Origin: Gemmatimonadota bacterium
GTDB lineage: Bacteria > Gemmatimonadota > Gemmatimonadetes > Gemmatimonadales > GWC2-71-9
Direction: 5' to 3'
Length of the DNA stretch: 64,000 nucleotides
NCBI GenBank assembly: GCA_039588295.1
Contig: JBDHAB010000004.1
Coordinates: 64,001 to 128,000, forward strand
Every line of letters starts with the position of its first letter. Position 1 is the first letter of the stretch. Positions 30,414 through 40,496 of this stretch are shown one piece after another. The translations under genes and the position numbers were made by a program. The notes beneath the pieces are model-generated. The model ran no database searches. It saw only the letters and a list, made by a program, of their open reading frames with translations, and was not told the origin of the DNA.

Positions 30414-31118
30414 ATGACACGCAAGATACTCGCACTCACGGTTGCAACGCTGGTCGCAGCGTGCGGAGGTGAATCGCCCGGAGGCGGGGGGGGGGGCCGT
30501 CAGGCCGCTGCGGAGGAAGGCGCTTCAGCGATTCGGGAACGCGCGGTGGTGCTGGTCGTCGGCACGAGCCTCACCGCCGGCCTCGGTGTGGAGTTGGAGC
30601 AGGCGTATCCGGCGTTGCTGCAGGCGAAGGTCGACAGCGCGATGCTCCCGTTTCGAGTGATCAACGCGGGAGTGAGCGGGGAAACCTCGGCTGGCGGCGT
30701 GCGGCGAATCGATTGGCTGGTGCGCGAACCGGTGGCCGTCCTGGTGCTCGAGCTCGGCGCCAATGATGGGTTGCGCGGGCTCGACCCAAGCGCGATGCGC
30801 GATAATCTGCAGACCATTATCGATCGTACACGGGCCGCGCACCCGAACGTACGGGTCGTGCTCGCCGGCATGGAGGCGCCCCCCAACATGGGTGGCGGAT
30901 ACACCGATGCGTTCCGCGAAGTGTACCCTCGCCTCGCGCGGCACAACAACGCCACGCTCATCCCGTTTCTGCTGGATGGAGTGGCCGGTGTGCCCGAGCT
31001 CAATCAGGGGGACGGGATCCATCCCACGGCCGAAGGTCAAGCGCGCATTGCCGAGACGGTGTGGGCCTGGGTGCAACCCGTCCTCCACGAACTGGCAGCG
31101 GAGCGTGTGATCCGGTGA
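30414..31118 (+). CDS. tesA: SGNH arylesterase/thioesterase (lipoprotein)
   Basis: GTSLTAG, NAGVSGETSAGG, GANDG and DGIHP, with lipobox VAAC. Divergent from ybbA. Confidence 0.9.
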   Translation: MTRKILALTVATLVAACGGESPGGGGGGRQAAAEEGASAIRERAVVLVVGTSLTAGLGVELEQAYPALLQAKVDSAMLPFRVINAGVSGETSAGGVRRIDWLVREPVAVLVLELGANDGLRGLDPSAMRDNLQTIIDRTRAAHPNVRVVLAGMEAPPNMGGGYTDAFREVYPRLARHNNATLIPFLLDGVAGVPELNQGDGIHPTAEGQARIAETVWAWVQPVLHELAAERVIR

Positions 31119-31155
31119 GGTGCCGCACGCGCGAGAAAGGGGTGAGAGGCAGCTG

Positions 31156-31794
31156 ATGACGGTACCCGTGCAGCAACCGGGTAAGATCGTGTGCGTCGGT
31201 CGCAATTACGTCGATCACGCGAACGAACTCGGCAACGTCGTACCCGAGCGCCCGCTGTTGTTCTTCAAACCGCCGTCCGCCGTCATTGGGGACGGGGACC
31301 CGATCGTCGTCCCCGCCGCATCGCAGCGGGTCGAGCACGAAGCGGAGATCGGTGTGATCGTCGGCCGCACCCTGCGACGGATTTCCGAGTCGGACGCGCT
31401 CGGCGGTGTTGCTGGCGTCGTGTGTGTCAACGACGTCACGGCAAGAGATCTCCAGCGTACTGACAACCAGTGGGCTCGGGCCAAGGGGTTCGATACGTTT
31501 TGTCCCATCGGACCCAGGATGGTGCCGTTGGAGTACCTGCCCGCATGGTCGGAGCTGGAGGTCTTCGGTCGTGTGAACGGGGACCTGCGGCAACACGGTG
31601 CAGCACGCGACATGATGTTCGGGATCCCCCGCATCCTATCGTACATATCGCACATCATGACGCTCGAGCCTGGTGATCTAGTTGCGACGGGAACGCCAGC
31701 CGGGGTCGGCCGGCTGGCACCGGGCGACATCGTGGAGGTTGAGGTGTCGGGGGTCGGAACTCTGCAGAACCCCGTGGTGGCGGAGTCCAACTGA
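31156..31794 (+). CDS. Fumarylacetoacetate hydrolase family protein
   Basis: CVGRNY, HEAE, NDVTARD, AKGFDTF and TGTPAGVG. Confidence 0.93.
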   Translation: MTVPVQQPGKIVCVGRNYVDHANELGNVVPERPLLFFKPPSAVIGDGDPIVVPAASQRVEHEAEIGVIVGRTLRRISESDALGGVAGVVCVNDVTARDLQRTDNQWARAKGFDTFCPIGPRMVPLEYLPAWSELEVFGRVNGDLRQHGAARDMMFGIPRILSYISHIMTLEPGDLVATGTPAGVGRLAPGDIVEVEVSGVGTLQNPVVAESN

Positions 31795-31796
31795 TT

Positions 31797-31824
31797 CCGG
31801 GCGCCCGCCGAGTCGGGCGCCCGG
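31797..31824. terminator. Hairpin between convergent genes
   Basis: Perfect 11-bp inverted repeat CCGGGCGCCCG/CGGGCGCCCGG. Confidence 0.65.
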
Positions 31825-31829
31825 GCAGA

Positions 31830-32678
31830 TCATGCCACGGCGCGTGTGTCTTCGCGCTTCGCCGCCTCCCACCCGATGATGGCCTTCTTGCGCGCGGCGC
31901 CCCATCGGTACTCACCGAACGCCCCCGTGCTCTGAATCACGCGGTGACAGGGAATCAGATACGCAATCGGATTTCGCGCGATGGCACCACCGACGGCGCG
32001 GTGCGCCTCGGGCCGGCCGATGCGACGCGCTATGTCGCGGTATGACACCAGTGTCCCCGGTGCGATACGCAGGAGCGCCTCCCACACCTTGATCTGGAAA
32101 TTGGTGCCACGGAGGTCGAGCGTGAGCGGCCCTGGTCGTCGCTGGCTGGCGAACACCAGTTGCGCAGTCCTGGCCGTCACTGTGGAATCCTGCACCAACG
32201 TGGCGTCAGGCCAGCGGGTCTGGAACTCGCGCACCACTGGGTGTCGCCCGGCTTCGCCGACGAATGCCAAGGCACACAGCCCCCGAGGCGTGACGCCAAA
32301 CAACCCTTCGCCGAACGGTGTCTCGTGGAATCCGTAGCTGATGGTCAGACCTCTGCCGCGCTCCTTGAACTCCCCCGGTGTCACCGCCTCGACTCCCACA
32401 AACAGGTCGTGGAGTCGCCCACCGCCCGATAGCCCCGCCTCGTAGGAGGTTGCGAGAACGCTCCGTCCTTCCGCAAGCGCCGCTTTGGCATGCTCGATGG
32501 TGAGAAACTGCAAGAAGCGTTTGGGCGACACGCCGGCCCACCGTTTGAAGAGTCGTTGGAAGTGGTGCGGGCTCAGCCCGACAGCCGTGGCCACTTCGGC
32601 CAGTGGCGGTTGCCGACGATACTCCGCTTCGAGGAATCGAATGGCCTGTTCCACTCGGATGGCGTCCTGTGCCGACAT
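31830..32678 (-). CDS. ada: AraC-HTH / methylated-DNA-protein-cysteine methyltransferase fusion (Ada-like)
   Basis: SPHHFQRLFKRWAGVSPKRF, GTNFQIKVW and IPCHRV. Confidence 0.9.
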   Translation of the reverse strand: MSAQDAIRVEQAIRFLEAEYRRQPPLAEVATAVGLSPHHFQRLFKRWAGVSPKRFLQFLTIEHAKAALAEGRSVLATSYEAGLSGGGRLHDLFVGVEAVTPGEFKERGRGLTISYGFHETPFGEGLFGVTPRGLCALAFVGEAGRHPVVREFQTRWPDATLVQDSTVTARTAQLVFASQRRPGPLTLDLRGTNFQIKVWEALLRIAPGTLVSYRDIARRIGRPEAHRAVGGAIARNPIAYLIPCHRVIQSTGAFGEYRWGAARKKAIIGWEAAKREDTRAVA

Positions 32679-32781
32679 TGTCACTCCGTTGGTCGCTGAC
32701 TGCGCGAAGTTCCGCCATTCGCGGTCGCAGAGCAACCCGGTTCTTGCGTCCCCTCAATGCCGCCGGAGCTGGGTCGCCGTG

Positions 32782-33690
32782 CTACTGCCGCGGGTGATCG
32801 TCGAACAGGTCGAGGTCTGCCTCGAAGAGGCTCAGCGCGTCGATCGTGATCGGCCCGTAGCGAGCCAGCCAGTGCAGGTGTGGTCCGGTGACCCGTCCGG
32901 TCGCACCGACCCTGCCAATCACCTGACCGGGAACGACGGTGTCGCCGGCGGCGACCAACAGCTCGCTCAGATGCATGTATGCGGTCACCAGCCCGCGACC
33001 GTGATCGAGGTAGACCACGTTCCCGGCGTAATAGAACTCGTCCGCAAGGGCAACGACCGCGTGGTTGGGGGCGGTGACGGAGTCCCCCGGATTGCCCGCC
33101 AGGTCGACGCCCATGTGTCGGCTCTGCAGCTGTCCATTGAACTCCCGCCCCTTGCCGTACCGGGACGTCACGCGTCCGGACACCGGTGCCCGGAACGCGC
33201 CGGTCCAGAGACGGGGCGTGTCATGGGACGCGTTCGACAATGCTCGGGCCCGCGCGCGTTCCCGCGAGATACGAGCTTCCAGGCTGGAGTCGGGGCGCTC
33301 CGTGAACCGGGGCGCCACGCTGAGGCGTTCGGTCGCGAACTCCCCGGCGGTGACTGGGATACGTACGAACGGCTCCTCCGTGGATCCATCGCCGAAGGTC
33401 AGCTCGAGCATCAGTGGGAGGCTGCCGTCCGTTCCGATTGGAATGCCGCCAAGTGCCCGATACCGCCCATCCATGCCCCGCTCGAAATGCAGTGCCTGAC
33501 CCGCCAAGGTGCCCCGGAAGCTGGTGGGTCCCGCGGCAGCGTGCGGGCGCACAACGATCTGCACGATGGTTCCCTGTCTCGGCTCGGACGGAATCCAGTC
33601 GATCTCGGCACCGGGGGCCTGGTGCTGAGCGATCGCCGGGCTCGTGCCAACGAGGACGGCGCTGAGGAGGCAGGTGATGCCGCGCGTCAT
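32782..33690 (-). CDS. M23 family peptidase
   Basis: HMGVD, YMHLS and GPHLHW, with a signal peptide. Confidence 0.9.
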   Translation of the reverse strand: MTRGITCLLSAVLVGTSPAIAQHQAPGAEIDWIPSEPRQGTIVQIVVRPHAAAGPTSFRGTLAGQALHFERGMDGRYRALGGIPIGTDGSLPLMLELTFGDGSTEEPFVRIPVTAGEFATERLSVAPRFTERPDSSLEARISRERARARALSNASHDTPRLWTGAFRAPVSGRVTSRYGKGREFNGQLQSRHMGVDLAGNPGDSVTAPNHAVVALADEFYYAGNVVYLDHGRGLVTAYMHLSELLVAAGDTVVPGQVIGRVGATGRVTGPHLHWLARYGPITIDALSLFEADLDLFDDHPRQ

Positions 33691-33725
33691 GGCCGATGGT
33701 GATGCACCCGCGAGGATGGCCGTGA

Positions 33726-35210
33726 TCACTCGGGGGCAACCTCGCGCCCCTTGGCCCGGAGCACCATGCGCCGGATTTCCTCGAGCAGTTCGGGACCGTC
33801 AAACACGATGCCGTCCTTGATCGTGAAGCGAACGCCGCCCCGCTGGACGGCGCGACCGTTCTCCAGAACGGTCACACCCGTGCCATAGAGCACCTTCAGG
33901 TTGTGAAGCGGGTTCCCGTCGACAATCATGAGGTCCGCTTCGAACCCGGGGCGCACCACACCGGTGGTGGTGAGTCCGAGTGCCTTCGCACCGTTGGAAG
34001 TCGCGTGCTGAATCACCTCCAACGGGTGGAAGCCTGCTTCTCGGTGGAGTTCCATCTCGCGAACGGTTCCGAATCCGTAGAGATGGTAGATGAATCCGGC
34101 GTCCGAACCCACCGTGACGTTTCCGCCCCGGGCGGCGTATTCCCGCACCCACCGCATCCAGGTGCGGTAATTCTCCCGCCACATGACCTCGTCATTCGTG
34201 GTCCAATCGAGATGATAGGAACCGTGCTTGGTTGGGTCAGGCTCGAAGAACGCGAGCACGTTGGGCATCGCATAGTCCTCGAACCACGGGAGATTGCGCG
34301 CACGAGTCAGATCGCGGTTGGCCTCGTATACGGCGAACGTTGGGTCCCAGGTCACGCCGTGCGCCAGCATCGTGTCGAGCACGGCCGAGAGCAACGCGGG
34401 GTCCGCCTGCCGCCACAGATCTCCCGCCCAGCGAAACCGGTCGAGCTCATCGTCGTAGTTATACGTCTCCGGGAAATCTTGCGGGCCCGGGATCGCGGCA
34501 TCGGGAATCCCGTACCAGTGCTCGATCGTGCGGATACCCAAGCGAGCGGCGTCGAGCACGTCGAACTCCTGGATCTTCATATCCGTGGCGACCGGTAAGT
34601 CGAGCTTGTTGGCCTCCTCGATGAGCGCGCGCCACACGTCGGGACGCAACACGAAGACCTTGAGGCCGTGGGCCCCACGATCTTTGGCGCGACGCACCGC
34701 CGCCCGTGCCTCGGCGGGCGTGTTGCCGCCGGCGAAGGCGTAGGGGATGATCGTCGGGGCGGCAATACGATTCTCGCGTGAGAGGTGTGCGTGGTGCACC
34801 ACCGTGTCGAGGCCCTCGCCCGAGCCCGGATCGCGAATCGTCGTGATCCCGTGCGCCAGCCAAAGCTTGTAGACGTAGTCCTTTGGCAGCGGCTCGCCGT
34901 TGCGGCTGAACATGATATGGCCGTGTAGGTCCACGATCCCAGGCATGACGTACATCCCGGTTGCGTCGATGACCCGGTCGGTGTCGTCGGGCACCGTTGG
35001 CCGATGCGGTTGGATGCTGCTGATCGTGGAGCCCTCGATGAGAATGTCCACCGGTCCCCGAGTCGGGTTCCCAACGCCGTCGATTACGAGCGCGTTCCGG
35101 ATGAGGAGACGGTCGTACCGCACGCCGGCAGAGGGCGTCGGAGCTTGCGCGACGAGCGGGACGGCGCGCGCCAGGAGGACGATGGTGAGCCAGCCGGTAA
35201 CCCTACGCAT
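33726..35210 (-). CDS. Secreted amidohydrolase family protein
   Basis: PGIVDLHGH, GSDAG and ADL..VDGNPL. Confidence 0.88.
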   Translation of the reverse strand: MRRVTGWLTIVLLARAVPLVAQAPTPSAGVRYDRLLIRNALVIDGVGNPTRGPVDILIEGSTISSIQPHRPTVPDDTDRVIDATGMYVMPGIVDLHGHIMFSRNGEPLPKDYVYKLWLAHGITTIRDPGSGEGLDTVVHHAHLSRENRIAAPTIIPYAFAGGNTPAEARAAVRRAKDRGAHGLKVFVLRPDVWRALIEEANKLDLPVATDMKIQEFDVLDAARLGIRTIEHWYGIPDAAIPGPQDFPETYNYDDELDRFRWAGDLWRQADPALLSAVLDTMLAHGVTWDPTFAVYEANRDLTRARNLPWFEDYAMPNVLAFFEPDPTKHGSYHLDWTTNDEVMWRENYRTWMRWVREYAARGGNVTVGSDAGFIYHLYGFGTVREMELHREAGFHPLEVIQHATSNGAKALGLTTTGVVRPGFEADLMIVDGNPLHNLKVLYGTGVTVLENGRAVQRGGVRFTIKDGIVFDGPELLEEIRRMVLRAKGREVAPE

Positions 35211-35296
35211 GTTGCGGCCTCTTGTGGGGCGAGGAAGTGGCCCAGCGAGCGACGAAGATGATGCCGGATGGACCTGATTGGAAGGGTCCAGGGGGA

Positions 35297-36028
35297 TTAC
35301 CCGGTGGCCAGCCTTCGATGGGTGGACTGCTCGACCTGCAGAGCGCCGAACCGGCGCTCGCGACGGTGAAACTCGGACACCGCGAGTGCCAAGTCGGCGC
35401 GGCGGAAATCCGGCCACAGCACTGGCGTGAAGTAGAGTTCCGCGTACGCCGACTCCCACAAGAGAAAGTCGGAGAGACGCTGCTCGCCCGCGGTGCGCAC
35501 GATAAGGTCGGGTTCGGTCACGCCTTGCGCGACAACGTGGTGTAGCATCTCCGCAGTGATCGCGTCCGGCTGGAGTGTACCGGCCGCGACCTGCCGCGCG
35601 CACTCCCGTGTGGCTTCCGCGAGGGCCCACCGCGATCCGTAGTCGATCGCGAGCCGGAGGTGCAGGCGATCGCCCGCCAGGGTGGCGCGTTCGGTACGCT
35701 CGAGCTCGGCGAGCGCGGATTTGGGAATGCGGCCTCGCCTGCCGATGTGCGTGACGCGCACCCCGTTGGCCAGCAGGTCATCCCGCTCACGCTGACAGTA
35801 TTCACGGAGCAGCCAGAAGAGGCGCCCGACCTCGCTCGGCGGACGCTTCCAGTTGTCGCTCGAGAAGGCATAGAGGGTTACGGTCGTGATGCCCAGGTCC
35901 GGTGCACCCTCCACGATGTCGCGCACCGCGTCCACCCCCGCAAGGTGGCCGCGCCATCTGGGCTTCCCCTGCATGCGCGCCCAGCGGCCGTTGCCGTCCA
36001 TGATGATTCCAACGTGCAAGCCGCTCAT
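35297..36028 (-). CDS. uppS: Undecaprenyl diphosphate synthase
   Basis: HVGIIMDGNGRWA, YAFSSDNWKRP and RTAGEQRLSDFLLW. Confidence 0.95.
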   Translation of the reverse strand: MSGLHVGIIMDGNGRWARMQGKPRWRGHLAGVDAVRDIVEGAPDLGITTVTLYAFSSDNWKRPPSEVGRLFWLLREYCQRERDDLLANGVRVTHIGRRGRIPKSALAELERTERATLAGDRLHLRLAIDYGSRWALAEATRECARQVAAGTLQPDAITAEMLHHVVAQGVTEPDLIVRTAGEQRLSDFLLWESAYAELYFTPVLWPDFRRADLALAVSEFHRRERRFGALQVEQSTHRRLATG

Positions 36029-36348
36029 GCCCGCTCCAGCGCGTCGCGCGCCTCGCTCAAAATCGTCTCCATCTGCTCCAAGTACGCCTCCAACGCACGT
36101 CGACCCTTGGTGGTGAGTCGATACTCGGTGCGCGGTTTCCGATCCTCATAGCCCTTGCTGGCTCTGATGTAGCGCGCGTCTTCGAGCTTGCGCGCGTGCA
36201 CGCTGAGGTTCCCGTCCGTCGTCCCCAGCACCCGTTTGAGGTCCCCAAACGTCATGCTGTCCTCTGCAGCGAGCGCCGACACAATCCCGAGACGAATCCG
36301 CTCGTGAATGAGACGATCCAGCGTTTCGGACACAGCACTACCCGCCAT
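36025..36348 (-). CDS. Winged-helix transcriptional regulator (HTH_34-type)
   Basis: LDRLIHERIRLGI, TDGNLSVHARKLE and PRTEYRLT. Confidence 0.88.
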   Translation of the reverse strand: MAGSAVSETLDRLIHERIRLGIVSALAAEDSMTFGDLKRVLGTTDGNLSVHARKLEDARYIRASKGYEDRKPRTEYRLTTKGRRALEAYLEQMETILSEARDALERA

Positions 36349-36919
36349 GCCGCAGCACGATATCAAGGCCGATGGCGAGGTGAAGACCACCGAACCCGGT
36401 TGCCAACAGCACCAGGCCGAACTCGGGACGCAACAGCGCGACCGCGCCGAGCACCAGGAAGACGACCCCCATCCAGCGAATGGCCCGGATCGAGAACTCG
36501 CCGCCCGCCGTGACGCCGGCCCCGTACAGGGCCAGCCACGTTCCGGGAAGAAGGTCGGCGCTGTCGCCGGTCGCCAGCGCGCCGGTGAGCAACGCCCCGG
36601 CTGCGAGCGCTGGCGCCATGACCCACGCCATTCTCCGGATCGCGCCGGACCAGATCGGGACGTTGGTCCGCCGCGCCTTGGCGACGTTGAATCCAATGGC
36701 CATGGTCACCGAGACGATGGCTGCCGGGACCCACACGCGCAGGTCGGCGGCGGCGTTTCCACTCCAGGCGATCCACGCGGCCAGAAGCCCGACCCCGCCG
36801 ACACAGATCAACCCCCAGCCGGAGACCGCCGTAAAGGACGACGCCGACTCCATGGTCCGACGGATATACGCCAGCGTTTCCTTGGCGCTTTCCCGATCCT
36901 CGTGTGTGGGTGTTGTCAC
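36338..36919 (-). CDS. Multi-pass membrane protein
   Basis: About 6 TM segments and LAYIRRTME. Overlaps the regulator gene. Confidence 0.8.
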   Translation of the reverse strand: MTTPTHEDRESAKETLAYIRRTMESASSFTAVSGWGLICVGGVGLLAAWIAWSGNAAADLRVWVPAAIVSVTMAIGFNVAKARRTNVPIWSGAIRRMAWVMAPALAAGALLTGALATGDSADLLPGTWLALYGAGVTAGGEFSIRAIRWMGVVFLVLGAVALLRPEFGLVLLATGFGGLHLAIGLDIVLRHGG

Positions 36920-36950
36920 CGCGCCCCCGCTGAGCTGGTGAGGGTAAAGG

Positions 36951-36967
36951 ACTTTATACTACAAAGT
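36951..36967. promoter_or_regulatory. Palindromic operator candidate
   Basis: ACTTTATACTACAAAGT, an AT-rich dyad just upstream of the membrane protein-wHTH-uppS operon. Confidence 0.6.
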
Positions 36968-37126
36968 AAGTTGCCCGGCGGCGTCCGCAAGGCCAACCAC
37001 CTTCGGGCGGGGACTAGAACGGGGCGCGGCAGCATGCCTGGAATGTGGGCCCGGCCAGTTGACCTGTCGTGCCGGGTGGCGCTGCCGCACGCAACACACG
37101 TATGGTACGCAACCGGGAGATGGGTC

Positions 37127-38053
37127 ATGACGGCTCGCCAGCTGCTGCGCATCGGTATTGCCCTCGCGATTGCCCTCTTCCTCTGGGGGCTCTCGGAGAT
37201 CCTCAGCGGGGGCAGCGACGTCATCGAACGCGCCGTTCTGATCCGTGCCGTATCGGAGACGGAGATCGACACCATCACGTTCGCGAGACCCGCCGACACC
37301 GTTCGCCTCGTTCGAGCGGCGAACGGTCGGTGGACGGTGAATGGTCACGCCGTTTCCCCCGCGGCGGTGGGGGAGCTGGTGCAGCTGCTTGCCGAGCCGG
37401 TGCTTGGCAACCTGGTGGCGCAGAATCGTTCATCCCACGCTCGAATGGGTGTGGACAGCGCGGGCAAGCTGGTCCGCATCGCCCGCGGCGACGAGGCATT
37501 GGCCGAGGTCATCCTGGGTGAGCCAGGACGCGCGTTCCGCTCCGTCTATGCGCGGCGCGTGGGCGACGATCCTGTGTTTGTGCTCGAGGGGCCGCTCGTC
37601 GCTCTTGTCGATCGCTCGGTCACCGATTGGAGGGACAAGCGGATCGCAGCCGTTGAGCCTGATTCGGTTGCGCAGGTCCTGATCATGCGAGATGGCGAGC
37701 GGTACGCGCTACACCGTTCCGACCGCGCGTGGCGGTTCGCCGACGGAGGTGAGGTCGACTCCGCTGCCGTTCAACGCATCCTGAGCGAGCTGCGCGATCT
37801 GTCCGCACAGGGCACGGCGTTTGCGACCCCCGAACAGGCGGACTCCGCGGATCTCGGTCAGCCGGACCGGGAGGTGACGCTCCTCGGCATGCGCGGCGAC
37901 ACGCTGACAGCGCTCGCCTTCGACTCGATAGACGGTGGCTATTGGGTGCGACCGGTCGGAGGCGAAACCCTGTACCGCCTGCATGATTGGAAGGTGAACG
38001 TGTTAACGCCAGCCGATTCGACGCTCAGAAACAGGGAATCGAGCCCAGGGTAG
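37127..38053 (+). CDS. DUF4340-like exported protein
   Basis: N-terminal anchor and two repeated domains joined by DWRDKRI. Confidence 0.75.
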   Translation: MTARQLLRIGIALAIALFLWGLSEILSGGSDVIERAVLIRAVSETEIDTITFARPADTVRLVRAANGRWTVNGHAVSPAAVGELVQLLAEPVLGNLVAQNRSSHARMGVDSAGKLVRIARGDEALAEVILGEPGRAFRSVYARRVGDDPVFVLEGPLVALVDRSVTDWRDKRIAAVEPDSVAQVLIMRDGERYALHRSDRAWRFADGGEVDSAAVQRILSELRDLSAQGTAFATPEQADSADLGQPDREVTLLGMRGDTLTALAFDSIDGGYWVRPVGGETLYRLHDWKVNVLTPADSTLRNRESSPG

Positions 38054-38081
38054 GGCTGAGACCAGCCTCACCAGGTCCACG

Positions 38082-38804
38082 TCACTCCAGCAACGCTCGC
38101 GCCTTCCGAAAGACGCCATACCACATTGCACGGGTCAACCGCCCGGTGTTCGTATTCTGCCGGGAGGGGTGATATGAAGAGAGAAGAACCGGCCCGTCCG
38201 GGAGCGTGTGCGTGCGCCCGTGGTGGAACTCTGGTCGGTCTCGCGGCGCGAACCGGCTCCACCATCCCGATGCCTTGAGCCACTGCCGATGTGCGACGTG
38301 TCCCAAGGTCATCACGACTCGCGTGTGCACGAGCAAGCGGATCTCCGTTTCCAGAAACGGCTGACATCGATCGAGTTCCGCCTGTGTCGGGCGATTCGCG
38401 GGCGGCGCACAGCGCCCGCCCGCCGTGATGTAGCAGTCGTGGAGTGTGAGTCCGTCGTCGCGGGAGTCCGAGGTGGGCTGGCTCGCGAACCCGTGACGAT
38501 GCAGCGCGTCGTAGAGCCAATCGCCGCTCGAATCTCCGGTGAACATCCGGCCGGTGCGATTTGCGCCGTGGGCGGCGGGAGCCAGCCCGACGACCAGCAG
38601 GCGGGCCTCGGGGTCGCCGAATCCGGACACCGGTCGGCCCCAGTAGCTCCAGTGCCGATACGCGGGCTTCTTCACGGCAGCGATGCGCTCGCGGTACTCG
38701 ACCAGGCGCGGGCAGCTGGTGCAGCACTCCACGTCCCGACGCAGCGCGGCGAGCGTTCGGTAGCGCTTCACCCCGTTGCTCGGGCCTGTCCCGAACCCAG
38801 GCAT
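38082..38804 (-). CDS. Uracil-DNA glycosylase, family 5 (Fe-S)
   Basis: CCTSCPRL, GLAPAAHGANRTGRMFTGD and YHPSRQNT. Confidence 0.92.
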   Translation of the reverse strand: MPGFGTGPSNGVKRYRTLAALRRDVECCTSCPRLVEYRERIAAVKKPAYRHWSYWGRPVSGFGDPEARLLVVGLAPAAHGANRTGRMFTGDSSGDWLYDALHRHGFASQPTSDSRDDGLTLHDCYITAGGRCAPPANRPTQAELDRCQPFLETEIRLLVHTRVVMTLGHVAHRQWLKASGWWSRFAPRDRPEFHHGRTHTLPDGPVLLSSYHPSRQNTNTGRLTRAMWYGVFRKARALLE

Positions 38805-38951
38805 CTCATGGCTTGCTGTTAGGCTCCTTGGTGCGCCCGGTCAACATGTCCATCTCACTGCCCAGCGCGCTAGCCCTATGAGCACCGGGCGTCCGTGCTG
38901 ATCGGGCGACAGGCGCGCGGTGACGGCACCCGGGTCCTCGTCAAGCGCAAA

Positions 38952-38982
38952 CGCCCCCACCAGCATGTGGCCGGTGGGGGCG
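38952..38982 (-). terminator. Terminator after the LysM gene
   Basis: 13-bp stem CGCCCCCACCGGC/GCTGGTGGGGGCG on the minus strand, followed by TTT. Confidence 0.6.
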
Positions 38983-39009
38983 CGAAACTGCGATCTTGGA
39001 TGGCAGTGG

Positions 39010-39462
39010 TCAGTTGGCCGGAGGGATCCGCAGCACCTGACCAGGATAGATGAGGTTGGGGTCTTCGAGCATGGGCTTGTTCGCCTCGAAGATGACCGGG
39101 TACTTCTTGACATCGCCGTAGAACTCCTTGGCGATCTTGGAGAGTGAGTCACCCTTCTGCACGGTGTAGAACTGTGCCTGTGCTTCAGGGGCGATGGTCT
39201 CCATGCGGTCGTCAACCTGTGCCACACCATCGCTGTTGCCCAGCGCCAGCACTGCCTTCTCGCGATCGGCCTGCGATTTGGCCTTTCCGGTGATCGTCGC
39301 GATCCCATCGTCGTACTTGACCCGAAGGTCTTCGATGTCCAGCCCCAGGCCCATCACGTACCGCAAGAGCTTGTTTCCCTTCATCAGCTCTCGGTTCTGC
39401 TCATCGCGGGCATCCGCTTCGTCCTTGCGTCCCGCGCCCTTTACGAAGTCAAACAGACCCAC
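39010..39462 (-). CDS. BON-LysM protein (Kbp/YgaU-like)
   Basis: MGLFDFVK, YTVQKGDSLSKIAK and IYPGQVLRIP. Confidence 0.93.
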   Translation of the reverse strand: MGLFDFVKGAGRKDEADARDEQNRELMKGNKLLRYVMGLGLDIEDLRVKYDDGIATITGKAKSQADREKAVLALGNSDGVAQVDDRMETIAPEAQAQFYTVQKGDSLSKIAKEFYGDVKKYPVIFEANKPMLEDPNLIYPGQVLRIPPAN

Positions 39463-39503
39463 TGTACACTCCTTGTTCTAGAGACAACGATGAGACGGCA
39501 TTC

Positions 39504-40100
39504 CTAGCGCTTGCCGAACAGGCCGCCAAGTAGCCCTTTGCCCATGTTGGCGATATCGTCGGCAATGTTACCGTCGCCATCCTGGTCGAGCAGCTTACCG
39601 AGCATGCCAAACGCCGGGTTGGACTGCTCGATTGCCTGACGCTCACCGCCCAGCATGCCGGCAAGACCGCCGGCGTCCATGTTCTGGGTCCGCCGCTGGC
39701 GGCCCAGTGCGCCCATCACCACCGGTGCGAGCATTGGGAGGAGCTTGGTCACCATCGACGTGTTTAGGCCACTCGCCTTGCTCACGCCTGCCTCGACCGC
39801 TTGGCGCTTGTTACCCAACACGTGACCGAGAATCCCGTTGCCATCGTCGATGTTCGGTGAGTTGAGAAACCCGCCGAGGTCGTCCAGTACCGCTCCGTCG
39901 TGTTTGTCGAGCGCGCGGTTGAGCGCCTCAGCGCCGTCCGCCCGCGAAGAGTTCTTGGCGAGCGCACCGAGCAGCATGGGAAGTGCGGCACCCACCGCCT
40001 GCTGGGTTGCACCCGAGTCCGCTCCAAGCTGTCGGCTCAGCTGACCGAGATTGTCGCCGCCCGTGAGCTGTTGAGTGAGCATCTGAAGCAAGCCTGACAT
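39504..40100 (-). CDS. DUF937 family protein
   Basis: DGNGILGHVLG, LPMLAPVVMGAL and LDQDGDG. Confidence 0.85.
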   Translation of the reverse strand: MSGLLQMLTQQLTGGDNLGQLSRQLGADSGATQQAVGAALPMLLGALAKNSSRADGAEALNRALDKHDGAVLDDLGGFLNSPNIDDGNGILGHVLGNKRQAVEAGVSKASGLNTSMVTKLLPMLAPVVMGALGRQRRTQNMDAGGLAGMLGGERQAIEQSNPAFGMLGKLLDQDGDGNIADDIANMGKGLLGGLFGKR

Positions 40101-40302
40101 TTGTAACCCCTTAGAAGAAGAGACGGCCACCTGATCCACGCGTTATAAGGCAACATCCGTACCGATCCGATTGCTGCGGAATCATGGCATCCGGTGCCGG
40201 TTCGGGGCATCAAATCTACCCGCGATGCTCCGTTTCGGGAGGGATGTACCGAAATGGGCACCTGCCGTCAATGAGCACGGTGGCCGCCAGCCGTTGGTGC
40301 CG

Positions 40303-40494
40303 TCACCGAATCCGCGGCGCCACGCCTGTCTTCTCGAGGATCACCTCCATGGGGCAGAACCGTGTGAAGCTCGACTGCAGCAGGTTGAGCCCGACAAAGG
40401 CGGTGAAGAGATACCAATACGGGCTTACCCAAAAGCCCAGTGCGAGCGACAGGAGTACGAACGCGCCTGCGATGCGTCGAATGAGATAGTGCAT
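40303..40494 (-). CDS. DUF2892 (YgaP-like) membrane protein
   Basis: FTAFVGLNLLQSSFTRFCP. Confidence 0.88.
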   Translation of the reverse strand: MHYLIRRIAGAFVLLSLALGFWVSPYWYLFTAFVGLNLLQSSFTRFCPMEVILEKTGVAPRIR

Positions 40495-40496
40495 GA

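Noticed and set aside
36308..37126. 5' extension of the 581-aa ORF 36308..38053
   Set aside because: It is antisense to real genes, and the plausible start is ATG 37127.
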